From: Candidatus Woesearchaeota archaeon
Lineage (GTDB): Archaea > Nanobdellota > Nanobdellia > Pacearchaeales > GW2011-AR1
Assembly (NCBI GenBank): GCA_964462045.1
Contig: CAYWWB010000004.1
Location: 1 to 39,689, forward strand
Length of the DNA stretch: 39,689 nt
Direction of reading: 5' to 3'
The stretch's first letter is position 1. Each line of letters begins with the position of its first letter. The notes under the pieces were generated by a model, which saw only the letters and a list, made by a program, of their open reading frames with translations, did no database searches and had not been told where the DNA came from. The position numbers and the translations under genes were made by a program. Below are positions 25,251 to 34,380 of this stretch, in pieces.

Positions 25251-25251
25251 A

Positions 25252-25914
25252 ATGACAGAAAAAAAAGAAGCAACTCAACAAGAAAGTGATAAAAATTATA
25301 TTAAATCTACTTTAGAGAACAAATTAATTATGGGTTGTTTTGGAGCTGGAGATATAATGGCAAAACCTAATGAATTTGGTTCTAGGGGAAATAATAATGC
25401 TAGAAGCTTTTATGAAAATATGATGTTTAGTGAAGAAATGAATAACCAAAGACAAAAAGTTTATAATGAAATGGGAATGGGAAAAAACAAATATGGAATT
25501 CCTGAAATGCCTTCTAATAGGGAAATGCAACAATATTTTGAACAAAGAGTTGAAACTGTTTTTCAAAGATTCAAATTAAGTGATGTTGCAGAAAGTGTTA
25601 AAAAAATGGTTCCAGGATTTGATTTTGAAATTCCAGGAGAAATAAAAGATTATACTTATCAAGATGGAATAAATGATGCTGAAAAAAGAGGGGCTATTGA
25701 TAAAAATAAAGGCGCTCTTGATTACGAAAAATTAGGATTAAAAGAAAGAACATATTTTGAATCATTCAACCTAATAAAAGAAGCCTATAAAGAGGGAGCT
25801 CTACAAGAAATAAACTCTAATGTTAGTAAACTAAACCAAGTAGGAAAAGAAATTATAAATACCTATAATGAATCAAAACCAAGTGGCACTGGAAGTAACA
25901 CTAATGTTTCATAA
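25252..25914 (+). CDS. Hypothetical 220-aa protein
   Basis: Long ORF with no recognisable motif, tightly coupled to its neighbours. Confidence 0.6.
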   Translation: MTEKKEATQQESDKNYIKSTLENKLIMGCFGAGDIMAKPNEFGSRGNNNARSFYENMMFSEEMNNQRQKVYNEMGMGKNKYGIPEMPSNREMQQYFEQRVETVFQRFKLSDVAESVKKMVPGFDFEIPGEIKDYTYQDGINDAEKRGAIDKNKGALDYEKLGLKERTYFESFNLIKEAYKEGALQEINSNVSKLNQVGKEIINTYNESKPSGTGSNTNVS

Positions 25915-25923
25915 AAAGGGAAA

Positions 25924-26049
25924 ATGATAAACAAAGAGAATGTTAAAAAAATATTTAATGAATTGTATGAAGTATCAGAAAAAAATAATTTAGAATTTGA
26001 TGAAGTTGTTAGAATTTATGAATATCAAACAAAAAAAAATGACTCGTAG
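25924..26049 (+). CDS. Possible 41-aa small ORF
   Basis: The ATG at 25924 lies 9 nt after the previous stop. Overlaps the next small ORF by 11 nt. Coding status is uncertain. Confidence 0.3.
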   Translation: MINKENVKKIFNELYEVSEKNNLEFDEVVRIYEYQTKKNDS

Positions 26050-26149
26050 AGCTTATTCTAAAAGACCTTATCTTAATTTTGATAAAATAGATAAAGATTC
26101 TTGTGAAGTTGTAAAAAGATATTTTAATATAAAAAAATACAAAAATTAA
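26039..26149 (+). CDS. Possible 36-aa basic small ORF
   Basis: ATG at 26039. The stop at 26147..26149 lies 2 nt before the next ATG (26152). Coding status is uncertain. Confidence 0.3.
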   Translation: MTRRAYSKRPYLNFDKIDKDSCEVVKRYFNIKKYKN

Positions 26150-26151
26150 AA

Positions 26152-26502
26152 ATGGCAGGAAAAAAAATTGAAATGAAATTTGAAGGTATTGCTCCAGTTG
26201 TTAGTGATTTTAAACCAGGAAATTATTATTCATTATTCGTGGATGGAATTGAATACGGGGGATATATTGAAAAAAGACTCCCATTAAATGGAAAAACATA
26301 TTTTAATACTTTAAGAAAAATAAATAATAATTGCATAATAAATAATCTTTATGAAATTCATGAAAAAGATGGGATTGTTTTAAACACTAAATTATATTGT
26401 GGAAGAACAACAAAAAAAGGGGTTTCAAAAGAATCTCATTGGATAGAGGCTAATGATAAATTAAATAAAACAATGAACAAATATTTTCAAAATACAAAAT
26501 GA
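26152..26502 (+). CDS. Hypothetical 116-aa protein, tandem paralog of 26499..26783
   Basis: LNGKTYFNTL...NLYEIHEKDGIVLNTKLY aligns with LGNKTYVKTL...HRFYEIKNKVIRNTSTKFY of the next ORF. Confidence 0.6.
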   Translation: MAGKKIEMKFEGIAPVVSDFKPGNYYSLFVDGIEYGGYIEKRLPLNGKTYFNTLRKINNNCIINNLYEIHEKDGIVLNTKLYCGRTTKKGVSKESHWIEANDKLNKTMNKYFQNTK

Positions 26503-26783
26503 TACAAAAAACATTAGGAGATAGGACTGAAAGATTAATTCTTCCTAGAAATATTAAAGTTGGAGAAAAATTTGAACTTCCAATAACTGAAAATTTTTCT
26601 AGAAAAGAAGAAGTTTATTCAGTTAATACACTTGGAAACAAAACATATGTCAAAACATTAGAAACTGATAAAACAGAAGACATAACCACCCATAGATTTT
26701 ATGAAATAAAAAACAAAGTAATTAGAAACACTTCCACAAAATTTTATGATAATTTAGAAGAAAGGAAATGTTTTCTTAATTAA
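26499..26783 (+). CDS. Hypothetical 94-aa protein, tandem paralog of 26152..26502
   Basis: ATGA start/stop overlap with the previous gene. The shared motif is given in the previous entry. Confidence 0.6.
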   Translation: MIQKTLGDRTERLILPRNIKVGEKFELPITENFSRKEEVYSVNTLGNKTYVKTLETDKTEDITTHRFYEIKNKVIRNTSTKFYDNLEERKCFLN

Positions 26784-27742
26784 TTATTTGAATCTTCTTT
26801 TTCACTATTTTGTTGCTCTTGCTCTTCTTGATTATTATTAAAATCATAATAATTTTTATTTTCAACAATTTCTTTAACTAATTTAGCCATTACTTCTAAA
26901 AATTCTTCTGCTTTTTCTCTTAATTCGTCAAGTTCCACTCCTTTTAAATCTGTTAATCTTCCACGAGTTATTTTTTTATGTATTTCTTTTAAATCTTTAA
27001 ACCACTGAACATATTTTGATTTTAATAATTTTTTTTCAACAAAATTGATTCTAAGTTGTTCTGGGATGTGCTCTGGTGACGGGGGAAAAATTCCTCCTGC
27101 AATCAAAGCTGCGTGAGATGAATCAACCATACACCAATAAAGCCCTTCAATTGCTCCTAATGTGGCAGAGCGACTTCTTGCTAAATGATCTGGTGCTCTT
27201 TGCAAAGCAGAATAAACTGCTTCAGGTGTTGCTTTTATTTTTCCATGAATTAATAAATATTTTAATGGAATAAAAAATCCTGCTAAATCAATTAAAGCTT
27301 CTCCGTGCCTAATTATGTTTAAAACAATTGGGTCTCCCCGAATCATATCATCCCACCAAGTACTTAATTTTACTGTATTTATATGCAAACTCTGATTATA
27401 TGGGTTTTCATTAATGATATTATTTAGTTCTTGCCTATACCAAGCAGTTAATTCTTGATCCCATTTAATTGAAACATCGTCAATTATAATTATTATATCA
27501 ATGTCAGAACCTGCTGTTCTTGTTTTTTTTGCTGTAGAACCAAAAAGAACTATAGCTTTAATTGATTTGTCAAATTTTTTATATGTTTTTGTTGCAAAAT
27601 CCATTGCAATATCATGTTCTGATTCAAGTTTTAAAGTAGGAATATTTTTTTTAGAATCTTTTTTTGTTTTCTTTTTTTCAGATTTTTTAGAAGACTTTTT
27701 TTTACTTACAGTTTTTTTAGAAGATTTTTTCTTTTTTGCCAT
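26780..27742 (-). CDS. Nucleotidyltransferase-domain protein with N-terminal Lys/Ser-rich tail and helical C-terminal domain
   Basis: LFGSTAKKTRTAGSDIDIIIIID (GS...DxD). Helical block GKIKATPEAVYS...LYWCMVDSSHAALIAGGIFPPSPEHIPEQL is paralogous to 22141..23982. N-terminus MAKKKKSSKKTVSKKKSSKKSEKKKTKKDSKK. Confidence 0.8.
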   Translation of the reverse strand: MAKKKKSSKKTVSKKKSSKKSEKKKTKKDSKKNIPTLKLESEHDIAMDFATKTYKKFDKSIKAIVLFGSTAKKTRTAGSDIDIIIIIDDVSIKWDQELTAWYRQELNNIINENPYNQSLHINTVKLSTWWDDMIRGDPIVLNIIRHGEALIDLAGFFIPLKYLLIHGKIKATPEAVYSALQRAPDHLARSRSATLGAIEGLYWCMVDSSHAALIAGGIFPPSPEHIPEQLRINFVEKKLLKSKYVQWFKDLKEIHKKITRGRLTDLKGVELDELREKAEEFLEVMAKLVKEIVENKNYYDFNNNQEEQEQQNSEKEDSNN

Positions 27743-27790
27743 TTCACACCTCTTATTATTTTAAGTAATTTTAAGTTTTTAAATTTAGTG

Positions 27791-29596
27791 TTATTCCATA
27801 GGTTTTCCTGACATCCTACTTCCTCCCCCTCCTTTACTTCCCCCGAGTTCTAAAGGTAACTGGGAGAACCCTGCACCAAAAGTTTGATAATTAACTTGTG
27901 GGAGCATCTCTCCGAGTCCCGCACTATAATTTTGTTGAAGCCCTATTGCTTGATTCCAATAAGGAATTGTATCTTCTGAATAAAATGGAGAGCCAAATGC
28001 TTCTAGTGTTTCGGGATAAGGAGATTTTTTAAAGGCTTGAGCAAAACCCCCTGCTTCTAAAATTTTTCTTGCTTTTCCTTTTCCTCCTTTTTCTAATTCT
28101 TTTAAAATTTGTTTAAAAGGAACATTACCCATCCCTGGAGGAAGGTGGGAATCCGAATAACCAAAATTATCTGTTATATGAACCTCTTTAACATGTTTTG
28201 CTATCTGTTCTACTTCTTTTCTCAAATCTTCATCAGAATACCCTTTTTTCTTTGAAATGTTTAAATGTCCTACATCCAAAGTAGCACCAATTAATTTATC
28301 TGCAATTTTATTTGCTTGTTTTTTTGATATATTTTTTTCTGAAATAAGTTTGTCTGCAAATTGTTTTTTTGACGAAGTTAATAATTTATCAAAATCTTTT
28401 GCAGAAGAAAAACCCATTCCTTGGTAAAGATTTTCCACGCTTACAACAGGAGCATTTTCTCCGAAATTTTTATAAGCATTAAAAGCAACATTTGCAAATG
28501 TTTTTGAAGAATTTTCAAGAGCAAATTCATCTATTGGAACATATTGTTCTGGAACAACTACTCTCAAACCATCTATTAATTTTTGCAGTGCTTGTGATTG
28601 TTGAACAGGATCATTTGAAATTTCTTCTTTAAAACTTTCATTTAGTTTTTTTAAATATTCTCCCTGACTCATTTCTTTTCCTTCAGGAGTTATAATAATT
28701 TTTTCTTTATCTGAGTGTTTCCAAGCTTTATCAAAAAAACCTCCTGCTTGTTGTCTTAAATCATGTAAATAAGGAGATACTTTTTTGTATGCCTGCAATC
28801 CTTGATAAGCCTCAGGATCTTTTTCTAATGTTTCATCCTTTATTTCTCCTCTATTGTATTGATTTATAAAATGGTGTATTTTTTCTGCATTGGGTTTTAA
28901 AATTTCATCTGCTCTGTCTTTATTAAAAAAAACTTGATTAAGCTCTTTTTCCCACGAGGTTTCATTCATACTATTTAATCTCTCTTCTGGAGTTAGTTCT
29001 TGGGGTTTCTCTAAATCCCCTCCTGGAGAATATTGTATTTCTTTTTCTAGAACATTAACGGGCTTTCCAGATTCCTTATCTATTACAACTAGTTTTTCTA
29101 CTTCTGGGCCTTCTTTGCCCATTTTAAATTCAGAACCTGCTGTTCCTGAAGAATGGATTGTAACATTTGTATTCCCATCTGGATTTAATTCATGAGCTTT
29201 TTCCATAACATCATTTAATTCTCTTTCAGAAGCTTCCCTGCTTGTTTCACTCCATCCTTGTTCTCCCATACCCGAAGGCTCAACAATTGGAGCATGCATG
29301 GAAAGATTATTCTCTGTTCCAGTTAATTTGGACATACGATTAATTTCTTTAAAATGTTGTTTTGGAATAGTTTGAAAAACGTCTGGTTTTAATGCCTGAA
29401 CTTCAATAGGTTTAATCCCCTGATTTAATAGTTTATTAACTTCCTGTATTTGGTTTGCTACAGTTGGATTTGTTTGTCCTCCAACAGCACCAGCAGGAAC
29501 TCTATAACCAACAAAATTAGTTTGATATGCTTTATTAGGATCTAAAGAAGAATATCCTCCCTGATACATTGTTGTAAAATTATCACCTCTTGCCAT
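27791..29596 (-). CDS. Xylose-isomerase-like TIM-barrel (AP endonuclease 2 family) protein with a large internal helical insertion and Gly-rich C-terminus
   Basis: LSMHAPIVEPSG, VTIHSS, then about 250 aa of unrelated helical sequence, then LDVGHLN and VKEVHITDNFGYSDSHLPPGMGNVPFKQIL (the H..D....D.H...G.G pattern of PF01261-type barrels). Confidence 0.65.
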   Translation of the reverse strand: MARGDNFTTMYQGGYSSLDPNKAYQTNFVGYRVPAGAVGGQTNPTVANQIQEVNKLLNQGIKPIEVQALKPDVFQTIPKQHFKEINRMSKLTGTENNLSMHAPIVEPSGMGEQGWSETSREASERELNDVMEKAHELNPDGNTNVTIHSSGTAGSEFKMGKEGPEVEKLVVIDKESGKPVNVLEKEIQYSPGGDLEKPQELTPEERLNSMNETSWEKELNQVFFNKDRADEILKPNAEKIHHFINQYNRGEIKDETLEKDPEAYQGLQAYKKVSPYLHDLRQQAGGFFDKAWKHSDKEKIIITPEGKEMSQGEYLKKLNESFKEEISNDPVQQSQALQKLIDGLRVVVPEQYVPIDEFALENSSKTFANVAFNAYKNFGENAPVVSVENLYQGMGFSSAKDFDKLLTSSKKQFADKLISEKNISKKQANKIADKLIGATLDVGHLNISKKKGYSDEDLRKEVEQIAKHVKEVHITDNFGYSDSHLPPGMGNVPFKQILKELEKGGKGKARKILEAGGFAQAFKKSPYPETLEAFGSPFYSEDTIPYWNQAIGLQQNYSAGLGEMLPQVNYQTFGAGFSQLPLELGGSKGGGGSRMSGKPME

Positions 29597-29640
29597 ATTT
29601 AAAAAAGGATTTTTTTATTTATTAATTTATCTCTTGAAAA

Positions 29641-30297
29641 CTATCTTTTAATTTCGTAACCTTTTTCTGTTTTTTCAAAATGAAAATCTTCTGTCGAGTT
29701 TTTTATATCTTTCTTTAGAGGATCTTCAAATTCTTTTGGTTTAACAACATAATCTTCTGAAACAGAGGAGTTTTGTAATTCTGGAGCTTTAATAGGATTT
29801 AAAGTTTGAAAGGAATTTTTTTCCATATTTTTTTCAAGATTTGCTCTCTCTGGGGTTACAGTCATAGGATTTATTCCTTGTTGAAAATTCTCTTGGTTTT
29901 GAGAAGTTTGATAGGATTTATTTGTTTTATAATTTTTTATATTCATGTATTTTATTTCATCTTCTTCTGATTCTTCTTTTGTTAAAGGGGGAACACTTTG
30001 CTCGAGATTTTGTGAAGGCTGTTCTTGAGAAAGAGTTTTTTCTAAAGAAGATTTTGAAATTTCGATTGGTTTTAGTGTTCTTGTTCTTGATTGAATTGGG
30101 TGAGTTTCTTCTTGCTTTTTAAGCTTTTTTTCTTTTGGTTCTTTCTTAAAATCTTTTGAAAATTCTTGTTTTTTATTTTCTTCTTTAGAATTTTTTTCTT
30201 CTGAATCTTTTTTAGAAATTTCTTTTTCTTTGGGATTTTTCTTAGGAGTATCTACATTTTTTTCTTGTTCTTCCTCTGAAGAAGATTTTTCAGTCAT
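29641..30297 (-). CDS. Glu/Lys/Ser-rich low-complexity (probably disordered) protein
   Basis: 218-aa ORF upstream of and co-oriented with the TIM-barrel gene (44-nt gap). EEKNSKEENKKQE-type composition. Confidence 0.5.
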   Translation of the reverse strand: MTEKSSSEEEQEKNVDTPKKNPKEKEISKKDSEEKNSKEENKKQEFSKDFKKEPKEKKLKKQEETHPIQSRTRTLKPIEISKSSLEKTLSQEQPSQNLEQSVPPLTKEESEEDEIKYMNIKNYKTNKSYQTSQNQENFQQGINPMTVTPERANLEKNMEKNSFQTLNPIKAPELQNSSVSEDYVVKPKEFEDPLKKDIKNSTEDFHFEKTEKGYEIKR

Positions 30298-30503
30298 GTT
30301 TTATATAAGTTAAAGAAGTATAAAAATTTTGTTGATAGATAAATTTATAATATATTTTTCTTATTATTCTTCATCAGAGGGATTTTCCTTAAGTTCCTCT
30401 TCATCTTCATTATCTCTATTGATAAGAGGATGTAAAAAAATATCATCCATTTCCATATAGTAAATAAAGGAAAAAGGATTATTTAAATGTTTCAAAAACC
30501 AAA

Positions 30504-32288
30504 ATGAGAGGTAAAAGGGGTGAAAAAATAGATTTTAAGGAAAATTTTAGAATTTTCTGGAAGTCTCTGAAAGGATATAAATTTTTATTTTTTGTAGTTT
30601 TAACAATAGCATTTATAGTAGAAATTCTTTTTGTTGTTGATAAATTTTTATTTAAGGAGATTATTGATAAAGGGCATTTATTTTTACAGGGAGAATTAGC
30701 AAAAAGTGTTTTTGTTGATGTTTTGGTTATTGTAGCAGGGGTGTTTTTAGGGGTTGTTATGTTAAGGAGTATTGGAGATTGGTTAAAACTACATCTTTTA
30801 ATAAAATTAGATACAAAATTAATCCTTAATATAAAAAAGAAATTTTTTAACCATATTTTAGGACTTTCCCATGACTTTCATACAAATCATAAAACAGGTT
30901 CATTAATTTCAAGATTATCAAGAGGTGCTCAAGCAATTGAAAATATGTCTGATATTTTATTGTTTAATATAACTCCCTTGTTTTTCAGTTTGATAATTGT
31001 CGGAGTTTCATTAGCTCAATTTAGTTTGGCTCCTTTACTTGTTTTAATTGGAATTGTGGCTGTTTTTATAACATATAGTTTAATAATATTGGAAAAACAA
31101 CAAAAAGATAGTATAAAGCACAACAAAGCACAAGACAGGGAAAAGGCTTTGATTGGAGATGTTTTTACAAATATTGATACAATAAAATACTTTGGACAAG
31201 ATAATAGAATAAGAAGTTTTTTTAGTAGAGCTGCTAAAAACGTTAGAAGAAGGGCTATTAAATCTGCAAATCATTATAGGTGGTTTGATGGAGGGCAAGC
31301 ATTAATTTTAGGAATTGGAACTCTCTTGCTTCTTTACTTTCCATTAAAACAATTTTTAGCTGGAGAAATTACAATTGGAACTGTTGTATTTGTTTATACG
31401 ATTTATGGTAATGTTATTAGGCCTATGTTTAGTTTTGTCTTTGGAATAAGAGGATTTTACAGATCTATGGCAGATGTTCAGGAATTATTTAAATATGAAA
31501 AAATCAAAAATGATATTAAGGATAAACCTGGAGCAAAAAATCTTAAAGTAAAAAAAGGAGAAATAGAATACAAAGATGTTGATTTTAGTTATGGGAGGAA
31601 AAAAGTCTTTAAGGATTTTAATTTGAAAATCAAGCCAAATGAAAAAGTTGCTCTAGTTGGGCATTCTGGATGTGGAAAAACAACTTTGATAAAACTTTTG
31701 AATAGATTTTATGATGTTAAATCTGGTAAAATATTAATTGATGGAAAGGATATAAGAAATTTTAAGAAAAAATCTGTAAGAAGTGAGACTGGAACTGTTC
31801 CTCAAGAGGGAATTTTATTTGATGATACTATTTACAATAATATAAAGTTTGCAAGGCCTTCTGCTTCAAAAAAAGAAGTCATGAAAGCCATAAAACTTGC
31901 TCAATTAGATGAATTAATTGAAAATCTTCCTAAAAAAGAAAAAACAATTGTTGGTGAAAGAGGAATAAAACTTTCAGGAGGAGAAAAACAAAGAGTTTCA
32001 ATTGCCAGAGCAATTTTAGCTGACAGAAAAATTTTGGTTTTAGATGAAGCAACATCTTCTTTGGATTCTGAAACAGAACACAAAATACAAAAAGCACTTG
32101 AAGAGTTATTAAAAGGAAGAACTTCAATAATCATAGCTCACAGACTTTCTACAATAATGAATGCAGATAGAATTATTGTAATGAAAAACGGAAAAATTGT
32201 TCAGCAAGGAAGTCATAGAGATTTAATTACTGAGGGAGGAGAGTATCAAAAACTTTGGGATTTCCAGAAAGGAGGTTATATTGAATGA
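30504..32288 (+). CDS. ABC transporter, fused permease/ATPase (MsbA/exporter type)
   Basis: Six N-terminal TM segments. Walker A GHSGCGKTT, signature LSGGEKQRVSIARA, Walker B ILVLDEATSSLD, H-loop IIIAHRLST. Confidence 0.92.
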   Translation: MRGKRGEKIDFKENFRIFWKSLKGYKFLFFVVLTIAFIVEILFVVDKFLFKEIIDKGHLFLQGELAKSVFVDVLVIVAGVFLGVVMLRSIGDWLKLHLLIKLDTKLILNIKKKFFNHILGLSHDFHTNHKTGSLISRLSRGAQAIENMSDILLFNITPLFFSLIIVGVSLAQFSLAPLLVLIGIVAVFITYSLIILEKQQKDSIKHNKAQDREKALIGDVFTNIDTIKYFGQDNRIRSFFSRAAKNVRRRAIKSANHYRWFDGGQALILGIGTLLLLYFPLKQFLAGEITIGTVVFVYTIYGNVIRPMFSFVFGIRGFYRSMADVQELFKYEKIKNDIKDKPGAKNLKVKKGEIEYKDVDFSYGRKKVFKDFNLKIKPNEKVALVGHSGCGKTTLIKLLNRFYDVKSGKILIDGKDIRNFKKKSVRSETGTVPQEGILFDDTIYNNIKFARPSASKKEVMKAIKLAQLDELIENLPKKEKTIVGERGIKLSGGEKQRVSIARAILADRKILVLDEATSSLDSETEHKIQKALEELLKGRTSIIIAHRLSTIMNADRIIVMKNGKIVQQGSHRDLITEGGEYQKLWDFQKGGYIE

Positions 32289-32815
32289 AACTAATTGTAA
32301 TTTATGGGCCACCAGCAGTAGGAAAATTAACAGTTGCTAGAGAACTAGAGAAAACAACAAATTTCAAGATTTTTCATAATCATTTAACAGGAGACATAGC
32401 TTCTACTATTTACGAATTTAATTCAGAACCCTGGAAAAAATATGTTATAAAACAAAGAAAAGATTTTTTTAAGGAAGCAGCAAAATCCAATGCAAATATA
32501 ATTTTTACATATGTTTATGGAAAAGGTATTGATGAGAGTTTTATAAAATGGTTGACTAAAAATGTAAAATCAAAAAAAGCAAATGAAATTTATTTTGTTC
32601 AATTAAAATGCAATAAAAAAGAATTAGAGAAAAGGGTTGTTTCTCCACAAAGAAAGAAATATGAGAAATTAAAAAGTAAAAAAGGTTTGAGAGAATGTTT
32701 TAAAAAGTGGGATATGGAATCTCCTTTGCCTCTTACAAAAGTTATTATCAACAATACTAAAAAGTCTCCTAAGGAAACTGCTAAAAAGATTAAACAGGAT
32801 TTGAAGTTAAAATGA
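32285..32815 (+). CDS. P-loop kinase/NTPase-like protein (AAA_33 / small-molecule kinase-like)
   Basis: Walker A-like IVIYGPPAVGKLTVAREL. ATGA overlap with the ABC exporter stop codon. Confidence 0.55.
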   Translation: MKLIVIYGPPAVGKLTVARELEKTTNFKIFHNHLTGDIASTIYEFNSEPWKKYVIKQRKDFFKEAAKSNANIIFTYVYGKGIDESFIKWLTKNVKSKKANEIYFVQLKCNKKELEKRVVSPQRKKYEKLKSKKGLRECFKKWDMESPLPLTKVIINNTKKSPKETAKKIKQDLKLK

Positions 32816-32859
32816 AAATAAGAAAGTTTTGGTAAAATGAAAACAAGATAAAGAAATAA

Positions 32860-33600
32860 TTATTTCCCTTTTCTAACTTTAAATATTATTGTGGGAGGCA
32901 CATGGTTCATTGCTTTTGGAAGAAATTCCCATACATTATACCAGGGATCCTTTTTATAGTGTTTCCTAGAATCTGGTTCAATAATTTTTTCTATTTTGAA
33001 ATTTGCTTCAACTAAAATGTTAACTATATCAGAAATTTTTCTATGATACATAACAAATTTTTCATTTCCATCTCTTTCTTCCCATTTCCCTGTTTTAAAA
33101 TAACTTTTTATTATCTTTAATGTTTTTGGATTTATGAGGCTATAAAAAGGATGAGGTATAGCTAAAACAAAATTTCCTCCTTTCTTTAATACACGATGCA
33201 CTTCTTTAAAACAACTTTCTAGATTATCTACGTAATGCAAAGCCCAGGCAGTAAAAACAATATCCTGGCTATTTGGTTTTATCTTATTTAGTTTTTTTAC
33301 ATCTCCTTGATATAGATCTATTTTTGCTTTGTTTTTTTCTGCTAATTTTTCTGCAAATTTCAATTGTTCTTTAGAAATATCTATTCCGGTAACTTTTGCA
33401 CCTTTTTTAGCCATAGCAATTCCGCATTGGGCTCCTCCGCAACTTATTTCAAGAATTTTCTTATTTTTTAAATCACCTAATAATTTTAACTTATCTTCAA
33501 AAGGGGCTCCCGGTCCATAATGTATTCCTATTGGAATTTTACATTTCTCTTGGTAGTTTTTAGAAGAATATTCCCACCACTCTTTTGTTTCTTTTGTCAT
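32860..33600 (-). CDS. Class I SAM-dependent methyltransferase
   Basis: Motif I ILEISCGGAQCGIAMAKKGAKVTGIDIS, then DIVFTAWALHYV and LKKGGNFVL. Confidence 0.85.
   Translation of the reverse strand: MTKETKEWWEYSSKNYQEKCKIPIGIHYGPGAPFEDKLKLLGDLKNKKILEISCGGAQCGIAMAKKGAKVTGIDISKEQLKFAEKLAEKNKAKIDLYQGDVKKLNKIKPNSQDIVFTAWALHYVDNLESCFKEVHRVLKKGGNFVLAIPHPFYSLINPKTLKIIKSYFKTGKWEERDGNEKFVMYHRKISDIVNILVEANFKIEKIIEPDSRKHYKKDPWYNVWEFLPKAMNHVPPTIIFKVRKGK
33346..33400. repeat. 55-nt exact direct repeat, copy 1 (inside the methyltransferase gene); copy 2 is at 39635..39689
   Basis: tttttctgcaaatttcaattgttctttagaaatatctattccggtaacttttgca is identical at both places. Copy 2 is cut by the window end. Confidence 0.95.
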
Positions 33601-33635
33601 TTCAACCTCTTCTCATAATTATATAAGGAATCTTT

Positions 33636-33869
33636 TTAAAACTTTTTCTTAGTTTCATAATAATTTTTTTCAAATTTTTTATAATCCAAATCTCTTAAAT
33701 TTGAACCAATCCTTTGAATTCCATCATATACAATAGCTCCAAAACCAATACCTAAAACAAAATAATCAGTAATGTTTCCATTTCCAAGAAAAAAAGTTGA
33801 AAGAGGAGATAAACTCTCTAAACTTCCCAAACCAATATTCAAATAATTCTCTAAATTTTGTCTTTTCAT
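33636..33869 (-). CDS. Hypothetical 77-aa membrane protein (last gene of the orphan operon)
   Basis: Hydrophobic GNITDYFVLGIGFGAIVY. Starts 1 nt after the upstream stop. Confidence 0.55.
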   Translation of the reverse strand: MKRQNLENYLNIGLGSLESLSPLSTFFLGNGNITDYFVLGIGFGAIVYDGIQRIGSNLRDLDYKKFEKNYYETKKKF

Positions 33870-33870
33870 T

Positions 33871-34380
33871 TTAATTTTTTGTTATATCAATAACTTTATT
33901 TCCTAAATGAATATCTTTCATCTCTCCTTTTGAAGAATTATAATGGCTTCTTTCTAAAGGGTAATTCCCTATTACTGGATTCTTATTTACAGGTAAAAAT
34001 AGATTGTCTCCTTGTTTTTTTATAAAGGCAAGATATAATCCACCTGAGTTATTAATTTGTTCATTGTTTCTTAAAATATTATAATTTTCATCACTGATAT
34101 GAACATTATCTACTTCAAAACCATGCCTATAAATTGCACTACTTAAGAAATTTAAAAATTCCTTTTCATTAGAACCCATGTTTTGATTCACATATCCAAT
34201 AACTTCAGGTCTTTGAGAATATTTTTCACATATTAAATTATAGTTAGGAATAAATACTATTGAATCAGAAGGTTCATCTACTTTTCCTTCAATTGTTTTA
34301 AACCTTTGAACTCTTCCATCGGGCAAGTGTGTGTATACAGATTCTCTTTCAGTCTTAAATCCTTTTATATTTTTATCCAT
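33871..34380 (-). CDS. Hypothetical 169-aa protein
   Basis: The ATG at 34380 (MDKNIKGF...) overlaps the upstream stop by 8 nt. The longer track ORF (to 34551) runs through a GC-rich Gly tract in another frame and is not preferred. Confidence 0.55.
   Translation of the reverse strand: MDKNIKGFKTERESVYTHLPDGRVQRFKTIEGKVDEPSDSIVFIPNYNLICEKYSQRPEVIGYVNQNMGSNEKEFLNFLSSAIYRHGFEVDNVHISDENYNILRNNEQINNSGGLYLAFIKKQGDNLFLPVNKNPVIGNYPLERSHYNSSKGEMKDIHLGNKVIDITKN

Noticed and set aside
27076-27764. Plus-strand ORFs antisense to the nucleotidyltransferase gene, and similar antisense ORFs in the ABC transporter, methyltransferase and orphan-operon genes
   Set aside because: These are shadow ORFs within better-supported genes on the opposite strand.
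30364-30456. 30-aa acidic minus-strand ORF in the intergenic region upstream of the ABC transporter
   Set aside because: It is too short and compositionally biased to support, and it has no promoter or SD context.
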